Positions 38,231 to 46,674 of a stretch of DNA of 64,000 bases are shown here, piece after piece; the stretch's first letter is position 1, and each line of letters begins with the position of its first letter. Source of the stretch: an uncultured bacterium (GTDB taxonomy: Bacteria > JAGOEH01); contig CAZWDO010000014.1 in NCBI GenBank assembly GCA_964632485.1, forward strand, positions 1-64,000. The letters are read 5' to 3'. The position numbers were made by a program, and so were the translations under genes. The notes under the pieces are model-generated. The model was not told the origin of the DNA. It saw nothing but the letters and a program-made list of their open reading frames with translations, and ran no database searches.

Positions 38231-40507
38231 ATGATTCAATGTTTAAATATTTGCAGTTGTTGCTTGATACTACTTTCTTATCATATATCCGCCAGCGTTT
38301 TGACGATTACTTTACCCCCCTCCTATTTTGCTGATTCCTTTATCCGTTTGGAACCATCCTCGGTTTCTCCGGTTTTTCTTTCTGAACAAAGGCTGCGGTA
38401 TGATTCGCTTCCTGGAGGTAATTATAAACTTTTTATTGGACGCTATGGCGCAAATCAGATTTTTTACCATTACTTTACTCTAAGAGATAATGATACTCTA
38501 AATTTGGAATTAACGATTCAGGATGACTCCATTCAGGCTGTACATGAATGTTCGGAGGTGATCATCGAGGCAAAGAGAGACCCCACTTCTTCCAAAATCG
38601 GTTTGGGGCAGTTTCGTCTGCGTCATGCCATGATTAATGATGTTCCCTTATCGCTTGGGGATGTATCGCGTATCCTAAAAAGCTTGCCTGGAACGTCTCG
38701 ATATAGTGATTGGGCCAATGATCTTTTAATACGAGGCGGGAGTCCATGGGAAAATTCATACTATATTGAAAATATCCGGGTTAACGAATTGAACTATTTC
38801 CAGCGCCAGAGCGGGAGTGGCGGCGCGTTGGGTTACTTTGATCTTCATAGCGTAAGTGAATTGGTTTTTTATAATGGAAATATGCCGGTCTCTTATGGTG
38901 GGGCGATGTCCGGTGTGATGGCTTTAACACTTAAAAAAAATGAAGAGTTGCCGACTGAACGCATTCTGTCGCTGGGGCTGTCCGGAGTCCGCGCGTCCGC
39001 TACCGGTCATTTCTTCAGCAATCAATGGGACTATCATTTTTCCGTCCAGCGCGGCTATCTGGATTGGCTCAATCGACTTTTAGGAAATGATGTGGCTCCA
39101 GGGTATGAGTCGTTTCAGGGTTTTCTGCATGGTACATTAGCAACTCGGCATCAGCTTTCGCTTTTAGTAGTCGCGGCCTATAGCGATCTCAATTTCGATT
39201 TGGCAACAGCTATTAAAAATGGTTATAATGGAGCGCTAAATCTAAGCCATACTACAGGAACAGTTGGTGTTAACTGGCAATTCCGGGTGACATCACGAGC
39301 CATAAGCGAGCTTTCGTTCAGTCATTCTCCTTCCGAAAACCGGGATCGGATATGGAATGCAGCCACGGAAATGACCCATTACGCCATCATGGAAAATATC
39401 GGGAATACTTCAATCCGGCATCATTTTACTTTCGACCCTGCGCTCCGCCACAAAATTAATGTGGGTTATGAAATTGATTGGGAAAATTTTAGTTACACTA
39501 ATTATTTTGCGGCGACGTATAATCGGTATGGTAATCAGCAAGTGGAAGTATGGCCGGAAGGGCGATTGTCAGTTCATAAAATTGCTTTCTATATTCAGTT
39601 CACGGCTCTCAACTCCCGAGGATTTCAGTATAATGTCGGAGCGCGGGTTTTGAGGCCTTCCTATCAAAACCGACTGACAGTGGACCCTCGTTTATCGCTT
39701 GAACGGAAATGGGGAGATGGGTTTTCATTGGGCATCGGAAGTGGAGTATATCATCAGCCGTTACCTCTTTTTTTATTAGCGGCCAATCAAGCCAATCGTC
39801 GCCTTAGTCAACCGGTATGCATTCATTATAATATTCGTCTGGCGCGCGAAACTTTATGGGGAGGGATGGCTGAACTGGAGTTGTATGCAAAGGATTATCG
39901 CCATCAGCCATTAACCCATGAAGATCCGGCAATTTATGTCATGGATAGTGGTATTAATTATGGATTTTACCGTTTCTATGAGGAATTGAGCGATCGGGGA
40001 GTCGCTTTTGTCAAAGGTGTGGAAATTGGTTTTTCACGACGTCTGCTCCGTAAAGGACGATTTAATGCATCTTTAAACTTTTTTCGCTCGGAGTATCACG
40101 ATTGGAATGGTGTTGAACGGCCCCGTTTAGGTGATAACCGCTTCATTTTTTTGTGCGATTTTCTTTTTTATATAGCCGCGCAATGGCAATTGAATATTCA
40201 TTGGGAGATCGCCGGCGGTACTCCCTATACTCCTTTTGATGAAGTTGCTTCACAGGATGCTCAGGTAGGTATCATTGATTCACGCTATATCCATGAAATG
40301 CGGTATCGAAATTATCATTCATTGAATTTTCAGCTTCAGCGAACGTTTCGGGTCAATCATTCCCAGTTGAATTTGCTCGTGGGTGTGATCAATGTGTACT
40401 ACCATCGGAACGAGGCCCGGATTTATTGGAATAAATTAACACAACGCACAGCAATGCTTTATCAGGCGCCCTTTTTGCCGGTATTTTCGGTTTCCTGGAT
40501 TTTTTAA
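38231..40507 (+). CDS. TonB-dependent receptor-like outer-membrane protein
   Basis: GDVSRILKSLPG, LLIRGGSPWEN, YGGAMSGV plug motifs; DPRLSL, ELYAKDY; terminal WIF. Confidence 0.85.
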   Translation: MIQCLNICSCCLILLSYHISASVLTITLPPSYFADSFIRLEPSSVSPVFLSEQRLRYDSLPGGNYKLFIGRYGANQIFYHYFTLRDNDTLNLELTIQDDSIQAVHECSEVIIEAKRDPTSSKIGLGQFRLRHAMINDVPLSLGDVSRILKSLPGTSRYSDWANDLLIRGGSPWENSYYIENIRVNELNYFQRQSGSGGALGYFDLHSVSELVFYNGNMPVSYGGAMSGVMALTLKKNEELPTERILSLGLSGVRASATGHFFSNQWDYHFSVQRGYLDWLNRLLGNDVAPGYESFQGFLHGTLATRHQLSLLVVAAYSDLNFDLATAIKNGYNGALNLSHTTGTVGVNWQFRVTSRAISELSFSHSPSENRDRIWNAATEMTHYAIMENIGNTSIRHHFTFDPALRHKINVGYEIDWENFSYTNYFAATYNRYGNQQVEVWPEGRLSVHKIAFYIQFTALNSRGFQYNVGARVLRPSYQNRLTVDPRLSLERKWGDGFSLGIGSGVYHQPLPLFLLAANQANRRLSQPVCIHYNIRLARETLWGGMAELELYAKDYRHQPLTHEDPAIYVMDSGINYGFYRFYEELSDRGVAFVKGVEIGFSRRLLRKGRFNASLNFFRSEYHDWNGVERPRLGDNRFIFLCDFLFYIAAQWQLNIHWEIAGGTPYTPFDEVASQDAQVGIIDSRYIHEMRYRNYHSLNFQLQRTFRVNHSQLNLLVGVINVYYHRNEARIYWNKLTQRTAMLYQAPFLPVFSVSWIF

Positions 40508-42085
40508 TCAGACAAAAGGATCAAAAAGTTCGCTCAACCAGCCCTTGCAATGCAGCCAAATTCTTTGCCAGCGGGATGTTGGCGGGGAATATACGCAGCA
40601 ATAGGGCAAGATATCCCTCTTGATTTGGAGTATTAACTGGCGAACACTGGCCATGTTCCGAATCTCAATATTCTGTTCGAAATTTCGGTATAATGAGAAA
40701 CTATCCATGTTGCAACTGCCCATACACGCGTAAGATTGGTCAGTGATTAGACCTTTGGCATGAAACCGCCCCTGATGATCGCTGCCCTCAAATCGATAGA
40801 TTGTTGCTCCCGCATTACTTAATTGATGCAAGTGGTATTCGGTATTGAAACGATTGATTTTGTTTTCCGGATTAGCCGGAATGATCAGTTTAACGGCGAC
40901 GCCTCTGGCAAGAGCTGTTTTTAAATGATTCATAATCCGGTTTTCCGTAAAATAAGGCGAGAATATCAGAATTTCGGTTTGAGCTCTATCGATTTCCCGA
41001 TAGAGTGTTTGGGTAATGGGATGCTGGATACCCGGCGCATTGATTAGAATTCGTCCATTAACTCCGTTGTTATTCTCTCCCGATTCAGGGGAAGGAAAAT
41101 AAGCCGCGGCGCTATCGAGGGCTATATGGCCGCCATTGTACAGGAAGTTAGAAAAGAAAATTGCCTGGAGTTGGTTGACGATTGAACCTTCAAGGAGCAT
41201 CGCCATATCCATCATCCGTGTGTACATGGATTGTTCGACTGTATAGCCGGTATGTAACGCCATGTGTCCATCAATAATGAAGTATTTACGATGATCAAAA
41301 TGGAAATAATCACCCAACGTCGGATGCGGTGGGTGACTGTAATATACGATTTCTCCCCCTGCAGTGGTAAGACTGTCCAACCATGCCTGCTGCTGGGTTC
41401 GCTGTATGCGATGGAACAGACTGAGTCTGGCGCCAAATCGATCCAGAATCAAGCGTATTCTAACTCCCTGACGGGCTTTTTTAATCAGTAATCGGCATAA
41501 GCTTCGTCCCCACTCATCCGCTTTAAATCCATATAAATGGATATGAATTGATTGTTTTGATTCTTCCAGCGCGTTTATCAGTTTTTGCCAAAATTCATCC
41601 CGATCGGTTATCCATTCAACTCGATTGTCGTATGTCGGCGTAAAATATAATCCCAAATCCTCAAGTTCCATCTGATCTGGATTGTCTATCGCGCGTAGAA
41701 GCCGATCTCTGAATCCTTCCAGCCATAAGGTGTCGTCTTCTGCATCCAGTAAACATTCCTTTATTTCCGGAATAGTAGCATTTCCTGTGATACCCAACTC
41801 ATCAGATACTCCTCCCATGCTTGGACTGATCGTTGTTTTTGGTTTTTTTTCTAAATAGCGGGTTTTTAAAGCGATATAGCGCTTGCGCTTTCGATCCAGT
41901 TGGGATTTATTATCCGGCAGTTGCAAAAGGGTCATCTGATATTCTTGATAAGCCATCCGGATCGAGTCGGTTAACGTTTGTTTTCGCGCGGCCGACGACT
42001 GATCAATAAAACTAATCCACAGCAGGAAATAAATAAATACGATTTTCCGAGGGGTTTCGATATTCAGAGTTGATTGATTTTTCAA
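40508..42085 (-). CDS. Phospholipase D superfamily protein (cardiolipin-synthase-like)
   Basis: Two HKD motifs, HRKYFIID and HAKGLITD..GSCNMD; ARQGVRIRLILD, SPYF. Confidence 0.88.
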   Translation of the reverse strand: MKNQSTLNIETPRKIVFIYFLLWISFIDQSSAARKQTLTDSIRMAYQEYQMTLLQLPDNKSQLDRKRKRYIALKTRYLEKKPKTTISPSMGGVSDELGITGNATIPEIKECLLDAEDDTLWLEGFRDRLLRAIDNPDQMELEDLGLYFTPTYDNRVEWITDRDEFWQKLINALEESKQSIHIHLYGFKADEWGRSLCRLLIKKARQGVRIRLILDRFGARLSLFHRIQRTQQQAWLDSLTTAGGEIVYYSHPPHPTLGDYFHFDHRKYFIIDGHMALHTGYTVEQSMYTRMMDMAMLLEGSIVNQLQAIFFSNFLYNGGHIALDSAAAYFPSPESGENNNGVNGRILINAPGIQHPITQTLYREIDRAQTEILIFSPYFTENRIMNHLKTALARGVAVKLIIPANPENKINRFNTEYHLHQLSNAGATIYRFEGSDHQGRFHAKGLITDQSYACMGSCNMDSFSLYRNFEQNIEIRNMASVRQLILQIKRDILPYCCVYSPPTSRWQRIWLHCKGWLSELFDPFV

Positions 42086-42267
42086 GCTGTTCTGCTAAAA
42101 AAATGACCATTACGGATAAATTTATGTTTACTATTCCAAATACATAGAGAGAATCGCATACAATCAATATATTTTGAATACAAGGGCCAAATATGGGCGT
42201 TTTTTACCCGCTGAATGACGTGTAGAGCGCTACCTGCCGTTTTCTGAATATGGATTCAACTTCCTTG

Positions 42268-42825
42268 TTAAAATAAACTTTTATTGAAAGTAACTTTAAA
42301 CGTTCCTTTGATGGTCAATACCATGGATAACGGTTGAGTATCGAAAATGGCGTCGAGTTGAACCCGGGCGCATTTGGGGTTGCTCCAGATCATGTCGCAG
42401 AATTTGTTGGTGTTGGTTTGGTTGAAAGGCGTTTCATGATATAGATTGTCTCCGGCCGCGCGCAGATCGAGATTGGTCATACTTAACGCCTGCAGGGGAT
42501 TGGAACCGTTCACTTCACTGAAGTTGGCGCTTGCGCTCGTCGCGATAACCGTATTTTGGCCGTAATACTGGATTTTGTATTCGATTTTTTGGACCTCAAT
42601 TTTTTTGATATCGTCCTTATTATCGACAAAATCTTTACTGGAACTGGCGGCTTTTATAAATTCATCCCGGGTGATAGTATCTGTTAAATGAAAACTGAGT
42701 TGATCGTAGTTTGTAAAGGTCCAACTATGCGTTAGATTCATAGTAAAATCATCTTCGACCTTACAGGAGCTGATCATCAGAGTCAGTGCTGTCAGGAATA
42801 AACCGATAAATAAACGGCGATACAT
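42268..42825 (-). CDS. Hypothetical lipoprotein
   Basis: AAGGAGG RBS; signal with lipobox-like ISSC; beta-rich mature part. Confidence 0.75.
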   Translation of the reverse strand: MYRRLFIGLFLTALTLMISSCKVEDDFTMNLTHSWTFTNYDQLSFHLTDTITRDEFIKAASSSKDFVDNKDDIKKIEVQKIEYKIQYYGQNTVIATSASANFSEVNGSNPLQALSMTNLDLRAAGDNLYHETPFNQTNTNKFCDMIWSNPKCARVQLDAIFDTQPLSMVLTIKGTFKVTFNKSLF

Positions 42826-43224
42826 GGTTTCCTCCTTGTTTGAAAGCTGGCCTACCAGCGGTTTAATATCTATTCGTTTACGACAATACGGCTAACCAAT
42901 GGGTTATGCTAAAAATCTGGGGCGTGTGGTTTAGATTACAACCGGTATCAGGGGAGGGAATCGGTATGCGATGGAATGGCGGTAATCATTGGTTTAAAAT
43001 CGCCCATTGTCAAGCTGTCTCTGTACGATATTAAATATAACTTTTTTATCTGGTTTTGTCAAGTTTGTAAAAAAGAGAATTTTAAATTTATAAAAATTAC
43101 CCGCAATAAAATATTGGGGGGAGTCATGCGACTCAGGCTGGAAACCGGATTGATGGATGAGTTCAGAATATATATAAGCTCGAACCGTATTAGAAGATCA
43201 ATTGAATAGGCGTTGACTTGCGTC

Positions 43225-43253
43225 TTGACATTTCCCGGAGAATGATTTATATT
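43225..43253 (+). promoter_or_regulatory. sigma70-type promoter of the MFS transporter
   Basis: TTGACA-N17-TATATT; it overlaps the ORF-track start at 43252, so translation must start later. Confidence 0.65.
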
Positions 43254-43302
43254 GGTGGCCCATTCAGTAAAAGTCTCACTTAAATTCGGAAAGAGGTGGA
43301 TT

Positions 43303-44661
43303 TTGTTATTGCGTGATAACCCGCGGCGGATTTTTTTCCTAATTTCTCTGGACGGGGCGCTTTGGGCCTTGATGTATGGTTTAGCCGAGCATTATCTGGT
43401 TCCCTTTGCTTTATTATTTAATGCGACTCCCTTCCAGGTAACATTATTGACAGGATTTGGACAATTGGCGATCGCTTTAGCTCATATCCTGGGGGGGCTT
43501 TTTATACTCCATTATCGACGCAGGCAACAATTATGTCTGATTGGCAATCTGAGTCAAGCCACATCCTGGCTGTTGATTCTGGGCGCCGGGCTTTTCTTGG
43601 GGAGCCCGATTTGGATTATTATTGTCTATTTCATTGGTACGTTTGTTACCGGTTTTGCCACTCCCGGTTGGCTGTCATGGATGAATGATATCATTCCATC
43701 GGAGACACGGGGCCGGTTCTGGGGACGCCGCAATAGCGTAATTGGTGTGTTTCAATTCACGGCGATTCTTTTGGGAGGCATTGCGCTTTATGCGGCGCAA
43801 CGTGGTTTTCTGGATTTGATGGGGGTTTTCGCCGGACTTTTTTGTTTGGCTTTTCTATCGCGCGCCGCCAGTTGGTGGCCGATTAAACATACACCGGAAC
43901 CGGAAATGGAGCGGAATGAAATTCCGGTAAGCGCTCATTCCTATCTTGAATTTTTCCGTTCCGATCAGCATCGCAATTTTACCCGTTATATCCGGTTTAT
44001 CTTTGTGATCAATTTCAGCATGTTTATTATGAATGCGTTGTTGCCAATACAGATTTTACAGACTTTAGGGTGCAACTATTTGGAATATATGATCCTGACA
44101 ATGATGACCAATATGCTGACGTTTCTTTTTATGTTTTATTGGGGTCCCTTGGCCGATCGGTTCGGCAACTATCAGATACTTTTAACGTGTGGCTTTTTTA
44201 TTCTGCTACCCCCCTTAGGCTGGGCCTTTTCTCATCATTTTGCGGTACTGATTGTGTTTCAATTGCTGCATGGATTCGGCTGGTCGGGTGTATCTCTGGC
44301 AGCGATGAATTTTACATTTGATTCGCATCATCGTCACCAAATGCCGACCGCTATGGCCGTATATTTTGCTGTTACTAACTTAGCTGCGTTTAGCGGTTCA
44401 TTTATGGGCGGTTTTCTGGCGCGTTATGTGGCAGATTTCCATTTTTGGCAATTTTCATCTGCCAATCTGGAACTGATTTTTTTGATTTCAATGGTGGGTC
44501 GTTTATGGGCGGTTTTTTATTTGCTCAAGCAATTTAAAGAAGTAAGGACCGGACTTGACCCGGTCCCTTCTCAATGGCATTTGTTGGTTTATTTGCCTGC
44601 TCGCAATGTATTCAACCAGATTCGACAATTGAATACGTGGCGGGATAATCCGCGTTCCTAA
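43303..44661 (+). CDS. MFS transporter
   Basis: About 12 hydrophobic segments, WLSWMNDIIPSETRGRFWGRR, WGPLADRFG; TTG 43303 follows AGAGGTG. Confidence 0.9.
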   Translation: MLLRDNPRRIFFLISLDGALWALMYGLAEHYLVPFALLFNATPFQVTLLTGFGQLAIALAHILGGLFILHYRRRQQLCLIGNLSQATSWLLILGAGLFLGSPIWIIIVYFIGTFVTGFATPGWLSWMNDIIPSETRGRFWGRRNSVIGVFQFTAILLGGIALYAAQRGFLDLMGVFAGLFCLAFLSRAASWWPIKHTPEPEMERNEIPVSAHSYLEFFRSDQHRNFTRYIRFIFVINFSMFIMNALLPIQILQTLGCNYLEYMILTMMTNMLTFLFMFYWGPLADRFGNYQILLTCGFFILLPPLGWAFSHHFAVLIVFQLLHGFGWSGVSLAAMNFTFDSHHRHQMPTAMAVYFAVTNLAAFSGSFMGGFLARYVADFHFWQFSSANLELIFLISMVGRLWAVFYLLKQFKEVRTGLDPVPSQWHLLVYLPARNVFNQIRQLNTWRDNPRS

Positions 44662-45974
44662 GCTTTGATGATCTTTTTACGGTTTTCCTTGACCTGACTT
44701 GTGGCGTTGCGGGTGTCGATCACTAATTTGGAATTGGATACAATCCATTGATAATCGTAGCTGGAATGGTCAGTAACGATGACGACGGCGTCCATTCGCG
44801 CCAGCAATTCAACCGTCAGGGGTTGGCTTTCCATATTAATTTGATATTTACGCATGGGAGAAACTTTTGGAATCTGAGGGATGTAAGGATCATTATAACA
44901 CACCCGGGCGCCTTTATCATCCAGCAGTTCGATCAATTTTAATGCGGGAGATTCACGCATGTCATCGATATCTTTTTTATAGGCCACGCCTAAAAGAAGT
45001 ATTGAAGACCCGTTCAAACTCTTTCCCGCCTGGTTCAATGCGTCCATGATTTTATGCACTACATACGTAGTGACTTGGGAGTTGATTTCTCCAGCCAATT
45101 CGATAAAACGGGTCGGAAATTCAAATTCGCGCGCTTTCCAGGTCAAGTAAAAGGGATCGATGGGAATACAATGGCCTCCTAATCCCGGGCCGGGATAAAA
45201 TGGATGGAATCCGAACGGTTTGCTGGATGCGGCTGCAATTACTTCCCATATATCAATATTCATGCGGTCTGTCAACATTTTTAATTCGTTCACGAGAGCA
45301 ATATTAACGCTTCGGTAAATATTTTCCAGGAGTTTAGTCATTTCCGCTACACGGGTTGAACTGACGGCAATTACCTGGTCTATCACTTGCCGATAAAGGG
45401 TTACCGCTATTTCCAGACTTTCTGAGTCATAACCGCCAACAACTTTTGGAATACGGGAAGTTGAGAAATTCGGATTGCCCGGGTCTTCCCGTTCGGGAGA
45501 AAAAGCCAGTCGCAAATCTTCTCCTACCCGCAATCCACTTTTTTCCAAAATCGGTTTGACTATTTCATCGGTTGTTCCCGGGTAAGTAGTACTTTCTAAA
45601 ATGACCAGTTGATCCCTGTGGAGATAGGGGTAGATTGTTTCACACGTTTTTTCAATATAGGTCATATCGGGTTCCCGGTGTTTATTTAACGGGGTCGGAA
45701 CGCAAATAATGATAACATCAACCTTGCGGATCTGAACGAAATCCGTGGTGGGTAAAAATTTTTGGTTGTCGATCAGTTTTTTAGTGGCTTCTGCCGGGAT
45801 ATGTTTGATGTAACTTTCTCCATTTATAAGCAATTCCACTTTTTTGGGATCGATATCGAAACCGATGACCTGAAAATTTTCTTTGGCAAACTCAATAATT
45901 AGCGGAAGGCCTACATAACCTAATCCAATCACGCCGATGACAGCATTGCGGCTAATGATTTTTTCCTTGAACAT
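44658..45974 (-). CDS. Nucleotide-sugar dehydrogenase (UDP-N-acetylhexosamine dehydrogenase type)
   Basis: GLGYVGLP, ICVPTP, LESTTYPGTT, SPEREDPGN, GPGLGGHCIPIDP, AYKKDIDDMRESP. Confidence 0.95.
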   Translation of the reverse strand: MFKEKIISRNAVIGVIGLGYVGLPLIIEFAKENFQVIGFDIDPKKVELLINGESYIKHIPAEATKKLIDNQKFLPTTDFVQIRKVDVIIICVPTPLNKHREPDMTYIEKTCETIYPYLHRDQLVILESTTYPGTTDEIVKPILEKSGLRVGEDLRLAFSPEREDPGNPNFSTSRIPKVVGGYDSESLEIAVTLYRQVIDQVIAVSSTRVAEMTKLLENIYRSVNIALVNELKMLTDRMNIDIWEVIAAASSKPFGFHPFYPGPGLGGHCIPIDPFYLTWKAREFEFPTRFIELAGEINSQVTTYVVHKIMDALNQAGKSLNGSSILLLGVAYKKDIDDMRESPALKLIELLDDKGARVCYNDPYIPQIPKVSPMRKYQINMESQPLTVELLARMDAVVIVTDHSSYDYQWIVSNSKLVIDTRNATSQVKENRKKIIKA

Positions 45975-45996
45975 GTAATAACTCCTTCAGTGAACG

Positions 45997-46644
45997 TTAA
46001 TGTTGCAGATTGTCAGTTGACATTGATTTTAACTTGGCGATTTCCTTTTCGGAAATAGGAGAAACTGGTCCTGATGTTTTTGCCAGGTATTGAATTTTGG
46101 CAATATGTTCGAGTGATTCAAAACGATACCATGCCAATTCCGGTGTGCGGTCAAACGTCAGGGCGCCATGATTCGCCAGCAATATCGCTTGGGATGACGC
46201 TAAAAAAGGTTCGATGCTGCGCGCAACTTCTGCGGTTCCCGGCAGAGCAAAGGGAGCAATCGGGATTGCGCCAAATGCCAGAACAGTTTCAATGAGTAAA
46301 GATGGGTCGGTGTTGGCGGCTGCCTGACAGGCCCAGGCCGTTGCATAGGGCGGGTGGGCATGGACGACCGCATTGATATCCGGCCGATGGCGGTATATTG
46401 CCAGGTGCATGTTCATTTCCGATGTCGGTTGGTGTTTTCCGGCTTGTATTACCCCCTCAGTGTCAATCAGCATCAAATCTTTGGGGGCAAGCGCTCCTTT
46501 ATTGATACCTGCCGGTGTAATCAGAATTCGGTTAACAGCTATGCGAACCGAGATGTTTCCATCATGCCATGGGGCCCATCTCCTTCGGCATAATTCCCGT
46601 CCAATCTTTAAAATGGAGTGTTTGGCTTGATCAATTTTAAGCAG
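45997..46644 (-). CDS. Class II aldolase/adducin family protein
   Basis: DGNISVR..ILITPAGINKG (upstream of the ORF-track start), PTSEMNMHLAIY, VVHAHPPYAT, LLANHGAL; start placed at CTG 46644 (see findings). Confidence 0.88.
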   Translation of the reverse strand: MLKIDQAKHSILKIGRELCRRRWAPWHDGNISVRIAVNRILITPAGINKGALAPKDLMLIDTEGVIQAGKHQPTSEMNMHLAIYRHRPDINAVVHAHPPYATAWACQAAANTDPSLLIETVLAFGAIPIAPFALPGTAEVARSIEPFLASSQAILLANHGALTFDRTPELAWYRFESLEHIAKIQYLAKTSGPVSPISEKEIAKLKSMSTDNLQH

Positions 46645-46674
46645 GCGCGGCTTCCCTATCTATCCACTTATTAA

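Noticed and set aside
42976..43209. 77-aa ORF in the divergent lipoprotein/MFS gap
   Set aside because: No recognisable motif or RBS, and it runs through promoter-like AT-rich sequence.
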